A stretch of 44,054 bases of DNA, taken from positions 1-44,054 of the IMG/VR virus record IMGVR_UViG_3300048853_000116; one strand, 5' to 3'. A model generated the notes under the pieces. The model was not told the origin of the DNA. It was given only the letters and a program-made list of their open reading frames with translations, and ran no database searches. Positions 37,412 through 44,054 of the stretch are shown here, piece by piece (the first letter of the stretch is position 1; every line of letters starts with the position of its first letter). The stretch is from a virus. Its lineage: Duplodnaviria > Caudoviricetes. Position numbers and translations under genes: made by a program.

Positions 37412-38019
37412 GCGAGCACCTTTGCCTTGGGCGAGCCCAGCACCGTGTTCGAGTTCGGGTCGAAGACAAGGTGCGTCCTGAGGATCTTCGGTGCTTCACC
37501 GCCGAGGTTCCGGACGAGCATGAACTCGGCCTCCGTCGCCGGCCCGCCGGCGAAGGGACGGCTCAGCACGCCAACCTCGGCGAGCTGCCTGACGTAGCGA
37601 TGCGCCGTGACGCGCGGGATGACCCGCGTTTCCGAGCCGGCCGCAGCAATCAGCGCCGAGACCGTGAAGCGCTTCAGCATCTTGATGGTGCGCCAGAGCG
37701 TGTCCTGCGCCGTCTCGGGCAGCTCCGTCCCGTCACGCCTCAGGCGGGGGGCGTCCCGTGCGGTACGCACGAGGCGGTAAACGCGGCGGGGTGGATTGCC
37801 GTGCTCGATGCGATCGAGCGCGAGATACCCGGCACGCTCCAGACGTTGAACGTAGTCCCGCACCGTGTCCCTATGGCTGTTCATGCGCCCGTCGACATCG
37901 ACGACTGTGAAGGTCTCGCGCTCGGCCGCGAGCGTCTTGATGACCTGCCAAATGCCCGCGTTGCCGCGCGGAACGAGGACGTGCATCGCCAATTGTTCGA
38001 GGTGAGGCCGGCGTGCCAT
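37408..38019 (-). CDS. Tandem winged-helix hypothetical protein
   Basis: Two repeats (TVRDYVQRLERAGYL; TAHRYVRQLAEVGVL), VFDPN end. Confidence 0.75.
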   Translation of the reverse strand: MARRPHLEQLAMHVLVPRGNAGIWQVIKTLAAERETFTVVDVDGRMNSHRDTVRDYVQRLERAGYLALDRIEHGNPPRRVYRLVRTARDAPRLRRDGTELPETAQDTLWRTIKMLKRFTVSALIAAAGSETRVIPRVTAHRYVRQLAEVGVLSRPFAGGPATEAEFMLVRNLGGEAPKILRTHLVFDPNSNTVLGSPKAKVLA

Positions 38020-38696
38020 TACGCGGCCCTCCCGAGGCGACGGACCTCTTCGAGTTCGCGCGCGAGCGCGACCACGATGCGGCGGGTGTTGCCCTTGGTC
38101 TCCGTCACGATCGCCGCGAGCCGGTCCTCGGCGATCTTCAGATCAGGGCAATAGGAGCGCGCCAGGTGCCGGGCGTCTTCGAGGTCGCAGGGCACTGCCT
38201 GGACCCATTCGAGCACGCGGTTATGGACCCGCTCGAAAGCTTCGAGCTGCTGCGGGAGCGTCTCCTCGCCAATCATGATCACCGGTGCCAGGGACTTGTC
38301 GTGCAGCTCGCGCAGAAGATCGACGAACCGCTTGGCCGCGATCCAGTGGGCCTCGTCGATGATGAGCGGTCGGGTCGGATCGGCGGCGAGCCGCATAATC
38401 GCCTGCTCGACCATGTCGGCCACCGACCCGCGCGGCCGCATCTCCCCCAGCTCCACCAGGATCGAGCGAAGCAAGGATTTCGCCGTCGTGAACTGGCCGA
38501 CCTCGACGTAAGTCGCGCGCGAGCTGTTCGCGCCGTAGACGGCCGCCTTTGTCTTGCCGAGTCCGGAGCGACCGTGAAAAACCGCGAGGCCCGGTAGATC
38601 CGGAGCCCGGTTCACGACCCGCTTCACCAGGCCGTTGAAGCTCGCCACATTCTTAAGAGGCGCCGGTTTCTTGGCGCTCAGCGTTTCCATCGTCAT
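38019..38696 (-). CDS. Transposition AAA+ ATPase (MuB-like)
   Basis: Walker A GRSGLGKT, Walker B LIIDEA; follows the transposase. Confidence 0.92.
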   Translation of the reverse strand: MTMETLSAKKPAPLKNVASFNGLVKRVVNRAPDLPGLAVFHGRSGLGKTKAAVYGANSSRATYVEVGQFTTAKSLLRSILVELGEMRPRGSVADMVEQAIMRLAADPTRPLIIDEAHWIAAKRFVDLLRELHDKSLAPVIMIGEETLPQQLEAFERVHNRVLEWVQAVPCDLEDARHLARSYCPDLKIAEDRLAAIVTETKGNTRRIVVALARELEEVRRLGRAA

Positions 38697-38742
38697 TATC
38701 GGTCCCCAGTTGATGACCAGCCCGGCAATCCGGGCGCACTCG

Positions 38743-40947
38743 TCACCCGAACAGCCACTCGTCCCCGAAGTCGCGGTGGAGGTCCTGGTGAGCGAGGTAC
38801 TCGGCACTCATGCGGTAGCCGCCGAGCCAGAGCGCTTCGGTCGTCGAAAGCTGCTCACCGGCATCGAGGCGGCGCTCCAGCTCCACCGCGCGCCGGAAGC
38901 GATGTTTCGGCTGCTCGGGGAAGCTTTCGATGTTGGGCTCGGATGTCGCCGGCGCGGGCTCCGACGTCTCGGCCTGGGCGACCAGCGCGGCATAGATCGC
39001 GGCATCGTCCGGCCAGAGCGTGCTGGGCTTAGGTCCAGGACCGGCCGCGTCGAGGGCGGCGGCAATCTGCGGCGTCGTATGCTCGACGCGCGCCCGCGGC
39101 AGCTCGATCAGCTTGCCGGACTCTTTGGCGCTTTGTCGCAAGACCAGGTCGGCGAGGCGTGGCCCCTTCGTTAGGCGCTTGACCTCGGCCTTCACGCCAG
39201 CCATCCGCTCGTCGATGATGCGCTTCTGCTCGGTTCGGGCAGCCCTGACCGCCGCCTTCGGATCGATGCCGGCGAGCGCCGGGCAGATCGCTTCACCAAG
39301 GTAGTCGTCGCCGGCCGGCGAGAAGAGCAAAGCGCGACCGAGGTCGGCGGGATCCATGCGCACGAGCACCTGCGTCTCGGGCATGACGTGCGGCGCGAGA
39401 TACCAGTTGTGGTCGATGCGGATGCCGGATTTCGTGACGACGCGCAGGCCGTCTTTGCCGGCGATCGGCGCGAGCAGCATGTCGAGGGCACGCTCGTCGA
39501 CCGTCCGCGCGGCGTCACGGCTCGCGGCGGCAACGGCGAAGGGCGTCTGTCCCCCCAGGCCATCATGCGGCCGATGGGCATAGCGCGTGGCGGTCCATTC
39601 GTCGCAATAGCGCTGCAGGTCAGCGCCGGTCAGCTCGACGCAGAAGGCATCTTTCGGATCCTCGCCGATCCGCTCGGCAAAGCTCTTGCGCGCCTCGATC
39701 ACGGCCCGATCGGCGACCGAATGCCCGATGAAGCCGGGCAGCAAGGGCATGAGATCGCGCTGGACCGTGCCGATCGCGCGCTCGACGAAGGCTTTTTCTT
39801 CCGGGGTAAACGGCGTCGATGTCTCGGCCTCGATCGCGAGGGCCGCAAAGAGCCGCACCGTGGCCTTGGCGGTGAAGTCGCTGCCGTTGTCGGTCTTCAC
39901 GCCCTCCGGCACGCCCCAGGCGAGAATGGCGCGGCGCATGAGCAGGCCGACCGCTGCGGCGCGCGGCGTCTTGCTGACATAGATCAGCAATCGCCGCGTG
40001 TAGATGTCGACCGCCACGTAGATCGTGTGCCGGCCGTCGAGCAGCAGAGCGTCGGCCGGCGAGGCGTCGATCATCCACAGCTGGTTGATGCGGCGAACAT
40101 GGCCGAAGGAATTGCGGCCGGAAGTCCGATACCGCGACTTGAAGGCGTCCGGATTGGTGAGGGCTGTGAGTTCGACCTTGTAGGAGGCCTTCCACTGGCT
40201 GATCGCCCACTGGAAGGTCCGCAGCGGCGGGACCGGCACGCGACGGATCCCCTCGCGGGAGGGCACTTCCAAGCCGCCTTCAAACCGATCTCGAACGATC
40301 TCGCGGATATGGTCTGCGGTCAGATGCGGCTGCTTGGCGATGAGCGCGAGGACGAGCGTCTTGACCTCGCCGCCGTTAGCGCGGTCCAACACCCCCGACC
40401 CTTTACGGGCGGCCCCCTTGTCGACGGCGAGGCGGGTTGTCCGGCCGAGCTTCCGGGCCTGACGCCAGCGGAACAGGGTCCGCGGCGTGACGGATCGAAC
40501 GTGAGCGCGGATCCAGTCGGCCACCTCGATTGCGCCGGCGGCGTAGAGGTCGCAAAAGTGCTGGTCCGCGACCTTCTTCGGAATGCCGGCGTCCTCGGCA
40601 TAACGGTCGGCCAAACCGAGCAGCGCGAGCCGGGCGTCGCGCGCCTCGGCGGCGCGGTTGGACAGGAGCTGGGCCTCCGGCTCGACGGCCGCTTCGGCCT
40701 GCAGTGCCGCTGGGACTTCGACGGCGGCGAGGTGCCGCGCCAGGTAAGCGGCGCGAAGCTCAGCCGGAAGGACGTCGAGCGGATATTCGCGGCCGCCGCC
40801 GCGTCCCTGGCGTTCGCGGAAGGGCCAGTTGAGCCGCTTTGCCAGCCGGACGGTGCCGCTTTCGGTCTGCGGGATACCGGGCAACTGCAGCTCGACCAGC
40901 TCACGCGCCGTGAACCAACGTCGAACTTTCGAGGCATGGGCGTTCAC
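38743..40947 (-). CDS. DDE transposase (MuA-like)
   Basis: Mu DNA-binding N-terminus (WFTAREL..GRGGGREY); WMIDAS, TDNGSDF, VERAIG catalytic motifs. Confidence 0.95.
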   Translation of the reverse strand: MNAHASKVRRWFTARELVELQLPGIPQTESGTVRLAKRLNWPFRERQGRGGGREYPLDVLPAELRAAYLARHLAAVEVPAALQAEAAVEPEAQLLSNRAAEARDARLALLGLADRYAEDAGIPKKVADQHFCDLYAAGAIEVADWIRAHVRSVTPRTLFRWRQARKLGRTTRLAVDKGAARKGSGVLDRANGGEVKTLVLALIAKQPHLTADHIREIVRDRFEGGLEVPSREGIRRVPVPPLRTFQWAISQWKASYKVELTALTNPDAFKSRYRTSGRNSFGHVRRINQLWMIDASPADALLLDGRHTIYVAVDIYTRRLLIYVSKTPRAAAVGLLMRRAILAWGVPEGVKTDNGSDFTAKATVRLFAALAIEAETSTPFTPEEKAFVERAIGTVQRDLMPLLPGFIGHSVADRAVIEARKSFAERIGEDPKDAFCVELTGADLQRYCDEWTATRYAHRPHDGLGGQTPFAVAAASRDAARTVDERALDMLLAPIAGKDGLRVVTKSGIRIDHNWYLAPHVMPETQVLVRMDPADLGRALLFSPAGDDYLGEAICPALAGIDPKAAVRAARTEQKRIIDERMAGVKAEVKRLTKGPRLADLVLRQSAKESGKLIELPRARVEHTTPQIAAALDAAGPGPKPSTLWPDDAAIYAALVAQAETSEPAPATSEPNIESFPEQPKHRFRRAVELERRLDAGEQLSTTEALWLGGYRMSAEYLAHQDLHRDFGDEWLFG

Positions 40948-41402
40948 CGGCGCGCCCTCCACTCGGCGTCGGCGGCAGCCACCTCGCGCTGGAGTTCCTC
41001 AAGCATCTCCTTGGCGCGTTCGCGCTTCAGGAGGGCCTCGTACCGCGCGGGTACGGCGATCAGATCGGCCTCGTTGAGAAGGGCGTTCAGCGGCCGAGCG
41101 TCGCCCGTCACCATTGTCAGGGCGACGAGACGGGTCGCCGGTATCTGATGCTGTGCTTTGGCCTGGCTGGCGTAGGCGTCCAACATGGAGACGCGCACGT
41201 CCTCCTGGAGGAACTCCGACATCCGTCTTGCGACCTCTTCGCGGCTCATGCCGCAATCTCGGAGGCAGGAAGCCACCGCTCGCGAAAGGCGACCCGCGAG
41301 TGTTCCGGCGCGCACGACCTCCTCCCCGAACCGGGGAACGACAGGTTCCGGTCGAATATCTCGAAAGAGATCAAGGGTTTGCGCGTCGCGCCGGCGGGGC
41401 AT
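40944..41402 (-). CDS. Conserved Mu-like early protein upstream of transposase
   Basis: QTLDLF, SREEVARRMS, MLDAYAS motifs; stop overlaps the transposase GTG. Confidence 0.75.
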   Translation of the reverse strand: MPRRRDAQTLDLFRDIRPEPVVPRFGEEVVRAGTLAGRLSRAVASCLRDCGMSREEVARRMSEFLQEDVRVSMLDAYASQAKAQHQIPATRLVALTMVTGDARPLNALLNEADLIAVPARYEALLKRERAKEMLEELQREVAAADAEWRARR

Positions 41403-41649
41403 CGAACTCAGCCTCCCGCCGAACAAAGGGCCGGGTGAACCCCGCTGTCCGCCCGGCAGTCAGGGAGGAAACGCCCAAGGTGGGCACGGGTTAGCCCCGT
41501 CACCGACCACTGACGCAGGTCGCGCGTTTCCCCGTGACTCGGAAGGGGGGATTCAACCGCGTGTTTGGGGAGAATCGAGATCGGACATCCGGTTGGCGCC
41601 GAAGCCTGTGGCCGGAGCCCCATCCGGAGGCGAGGCATGGCGCCACGCA

Positions 41650-41808
41650 TCACAACGCCCTTCCCAGAACCAGGGTGGCGCCAATGGCAACGACCCCGAC
41701 GAGAAGCGCCAATGCCGCGACCTGGCACGCGTCAGGGGCGAAGGCACGGACGATTGGCCCGAAGCGCGTGTCCGGCCGCGGTGGCCGTTTTGACACGGGA
41801 GGCTTCAC
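41650..41808 (-). CDS. 52-aa membrane peptide (absent from ORF track)
   Basis: GTGA overlap with the ner stop; MKPPVSK...VAALALLVGVVAIGATLVLGRAL. Confidence 0.5.
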   Translation of the reverse strand: MKPPVSKRPPRPDTRFGPIVRAFAPDACQVAALALLVGVVAIGATLVLGRAL

Positions 41809-42101
41809 GCCGCGGCTCCCATGTCCGAGTGTTCGCGTTCGTTTTGTCTGGTGGCGCGGGCGTGGGCTGCGCTATTCTCCCCGCCGGAAGTCGATGTCTC
41901 GTACCGTTCGGGCCACAGGTCTGCAGGGTTGAGGCTGAGGTATTGGGCGAGAGCCCTCTCTCCGGCGAAATGACGCCGGATGAGAGCGGCACTGCACGCT
42001 GAAGGATCCAAGCCGGCCTCGGTCGCGATCCTAGTGAGCGTGGTGCCGCGCCGATGCACCTCGGCCTTTATGGCGAACCTGTCCCAACGCTTGCGGGGCA
42101 T
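41805..42101 (-). CDS. ner: Ner-like transcriptional regulator
   Basis: WDRFAIKAEVHRRGTTL...LWPERY; divergent from the repressor. Confidence 0.9.
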   Translation of the reverse strand: MPRKRWDRFAIKAEVHRRGTTLTRIATEAGLDPSACSAALIRRHFAGERALAQYLSLNPADLWPERYETSTSGGENSAAHARATRQNEREHSDMGAAA

Positions 42102-42116
42102 CACATTCTCCAAAGG

Positions 42117-42143
42117 GCCGGTCCTGGCAGGGACCGGTTTTTT
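42117..42143 (+). terminator. Hairpin followed by T-run in the ner leader
   Basis: CCGGTCC/GGACCGG stem followed by T6. Confidence 0.4.
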
Positions 42144-42181
42144 CGGGCTACTGGACGCATGAACATGAGCAACTGCGTGCG

Positions 42182-42210
42182 CATATTCGCACCCAAGTTC
42201 GAGGTGTCAA
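42182..42210 (-). promoter_or_regulatory. Candidate early lytic promoter
   Basis: TTGACA (42210-42205), 17-bp spacer, AATATG; points toward ner. Confidence 0.5.
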
Positions 42211-42223
42211 GCCTTATGATGCG

Positions 42224-42358
42224 AGGTCAGACTTCGCCATCTTCGCTCTGCGGTGCGATGTGGACAGAAATTGCGGCAGATCAGAGAGTTAATCCAACTC
42301 TGACCTGTCCATTGGGAACCAGGAAGCGAGGTCAGAGTTGATCGCGAAGAACTCTGAC
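42224..42358. repeat. Four operator-like repeats (AGGTCAGAGTTG consensus)
   Basis: Copies at 42224-42235, 42295-42306 (inverted), 42329-42340 and 42350-42358 (inverted). Confidence 0.65.
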
Positions 42359-42787
42359 GGCTTCGCGGAGCGATTGCGGCTCGCCCTTGAGGGCGAATCA
42401 GTGAATGCGTTCGCCAGAAAGTGCGAGATCAGTGAGAGCCTTGTCAGGAAGTACCTCTCCGGGGCCATGCCCGGCCTCGATAAGGCGGTGATCATGGCCA
42501 GATCGGCGGGTGTTTCCCTGGATTGGTTGGCCACCGGCCGCGGAGCTATGCGTCCCCACAGCCCCCTCGCAGACGAAGGCAGCGCTCTAGACATCCGAGT
42601 TGATGTTCTGCAGGAGTCGATCGCAATCGTCGAAGAATGGTTAGTAATGAATGAACGAAAAATGTCGCCCGACAAGAAGGCCGAAATTGTTGCGAAACTC
42701 TACCAGCTGGTTTTAGATGAAACGGTTGAGGGTGGGTCTGGGCTCGACAGGAAGACCGCGCATAAGTTCCTGCGCCTTGTCGCCTAG
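42338..42787 (+). CDS. Prophage repressor (XRE/CI-type HTH)
   Basis: FAERLR, AFARKCEISESLVRKYL, GVSLDWLATG; divergent from ner. Confidence 0.88.
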   Translation: MIAKNSDGFAERLRLALEGESVNAFARKCEISESLVRKYLSGAMPGLDKAVIMARSAGVSLDWLATGRGAMRPHSPLADEGSALDIRVDVLQESIAIVEEWLVMNERKMSPDKKAEIVAKLYQLVLDETVEGGSGLDRKTAHKFLRLVA

Positions 42788-42811
42788 GCCGATGGGCTGC
42801 GTGGGGGAATC

Positions 42812-43072
42812 ATGGATTTCGGCCAGGAGAATAGAGCGCGAATTTTCGAGTTTCTGCGAGAGGCCTTGGAAAAGGCCAGCGAGCCATTGCGGGCAACTCA
42901 GAAGCGGCTGAGCAAGCCGCGGCCGCGGTCGCAGGGTGATGCTATGCTGACAGTGAATTTGAGCGGGAACGTCATCGGCGAGACGATCATCGTCTTGGGA
43001 AGTGACGGCTTGCGTGACGGGACCGATGTCGCCCGCGTGGTTGCCAGAGCGCTGCAGAAGCCCGGCACTTGA
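42812..43072 (+). CDS. Hypothetical protein in repressor operon
   Basis: 86 aa with GGGGGA RBS. Confidence 0.6.
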   Translation: MDFGQENRARIFEFLREALEKASEPLRATQKRLSKPRPRSQGDAMLTVNLSGNVIGETIIVLGSDGLRDGTDVARVVARALQKPGT

Positions 43073-43084
43073 GAAGGCGGCTAC

Positions 43085-43366
43085 ATGTTCGAGGCACTCG
43101 GTGTTTTCGCCATTGTGGCGGCGGCCCTGATCGGCCTTCCCGCGCTGATCGGTCTCATCAATCTGAGCCTTGAGGGCTTCCTCATCGGCGCTGCCTTGAG
43201 CGCGCTCGCCTTCGGTTTGGGGCTCGTGAGCTGGGTGCTCGGGCTCTGCGTTTGGCTGCTGGCGTGCTTCTACGTCGTTCGGATGGTCAATGGCCGAAAC
43301 GCCCGGCGGGAGCAGGAGCGGCGGCACAAAGAGCTACTGAATGCCGTTCGCGGGCGATCGCCGTGA
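43085..43366 (+). CDS. Small multi-pass membrane protein
   Basis: Hydrophobic first 65 aa followed by a basic tail. Confidence 0.7.
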   Translation: MFEALGVFAIVAAALIGLPALIGLINLSLEGFLIGAALSALAFGLGLVSWVLGLCVWLLACFYVVRMVNGRNARREQERRHKELLNAVRGRSP

Positions 43367-43385
43367 TATGCAGCGCGCCCGCCAC

Positions 43386-43590
43386 TGTCACGTGATCTTG
43401 CGCCAACGTGTTTTTCGCGGAGGGCGCGGCTCGCCGATGACATCTGTTCTTGCGCGGCGGATCATACCGGCGGATCCACCCGCAATGCCCCACAACCTCT
43501 AGCGCTGTTTGCGTTTCAGCCCGCCGCGTCCCGGCTCTTCCCGGCTAATCCCGGCCGCCCCTGCGGTGACACCCGTTCTTGCACTTCACA
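43386..43590. repeat. Prophage end with three candidate transposase-binding sites
   Basis: TGTCACGTGATCTTGC 43386, TGACATCTGTTCTTGC 43438, TGACACCCGTTCTTGC 43567, then ACTTCACA end. Confidence 0.7.
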
Positions 43591-43607
43591 CCTGCCTTCA
43601 GAAACGC

Positions 43608-44054
43608 TCAGAACTTCACATTGAGCACGCCCTTGACCTGCTGGTCCTGGGCGTCCTGGGCAAACTGGGCCGAATAGGCGACGCCGAGGGTGACGGCCGG
43701 GCCGATGTCGAGGTCGGCGCCGGCTTTGAGGACAAGCGCGTCCTCGGCCACCGGCAGGCCGGCCACCGTGAAGGGCAGGCTCCCGCCGGCGAAGAGGAAG
43801 GACGCCGTCGGGCTCGTGTCGCCGAAGGCATGCTGCCAACCGAGCGTGCCGCGCAGCGTCAAGGCCGTCGCTTCACCCACCACCCAGCGCTGGGCGGCGC
43901 GAAGGCCGAGCGTCGTGAAGGTCACGTCCTCGCTGCCGCTGAAGCCGAAGAGCCCGGCCGCCCCGCCCTGTTCGGTGAAGGCATCGGTTTCGAGGTTCAC
44001 GTATGCGAGGCCCGCGAAGGGCTCGAGCGCCAGGCCCCCCAGGGCAACCCGATA
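43608..44054 (-). CDS. Host autotransporter beta-barrel, 3' end (partial)
   Basis: Frame open to the window edge; LEPFAGLAYVNL, GTLGWQHAFGD, terminal VKF. Confidence 0.9.
   Translation of the reverse strand, partial: YRVALGGLALEPFAGLAYVNLETDAFTEQGGAAGLFGFSGSEDVTFTTLGLRAAQRWVVGEATALTLRGTLGWQHAFGDTSPTASFLFAGGSLPFTVAGLPVAEDALVLKAGADLDIGPAVTLGVAYSAQFAQDAQDQQVKGVLNVKF

Larger units (their letters stand above)
1..43590 (-). mobile_element. Mu-like transposable prophage with P2-like contractile tail (left end not in window)
   Basis: Repressor/ner/DDE transposase/AAA ATPase early module, Mu-type head genes, P2-type tail genes; terminal CA at 43589-43590 preceded by three related repeats. Confidence 0.95.

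Noticed and set aside
6-41148. Many long + strand ORFs (for example 6-1646, 26241-27827, 39388-41148)
   Set aside because: Antisense shadows of well-supported - strand genes in GC-rich DNA; no recognisable motifs
41408-41650. Short ORFs between ner and the 41402 gene
   Set aside because: Low-complexity translations with no clear start signals
43613-43620. Second ACTTCACA as an alternative prophage end
   Set aside because: Lies within the last codons of the autotransporter and lacks the adjacent 16-bp site
1-44054. CRISPR array or rRNA
   Set aside because: No regularly spaced repeat-spacer array or rRNA-like sequence seen

Overview
Almost the whole window (about 1-43590) is a transposable Mu-like prophage, mostly on the - strand, in a high-GC host that is probably an alphaproteobacterium (inference). 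From right to left it carries: a repressor and two small genes (+); ner, transposase A and ATPase B; DUF3164, gemA, an MT-A70 methyltransferase and a Mor/C-like activator; a DUF2806 insert; a GH19 endolysin/holin/spanin cassette; Mu-type terminase, portal and MuF; a 5.9 kb accessory island (OLD-family ATPase-TOPRIM nuclease, GNAT operon, membrane protein, pseudogene); Mu-type protease and capsid genes; and a P2-like contractile tail (V-W-J-I-fibre-sheath-tube-E/E'-tape measure-U-X-D). The repressor-side end probably lies at 43590, next to the 3' end of a host autotransporter gene. The other end is not visible and probably lies left of the window. The most unusual items are a complete initiator-like tRNA-Met(CAT) inside the head operon just upstream of the major capsid gene, its proximity to several candidate tRNA- or translation-targeting effectors, and a pseudoknotted multi-stem RNA candidate downstream of gene D. 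All family calls come from reading motifs and gene order by eye; no database searches were run.
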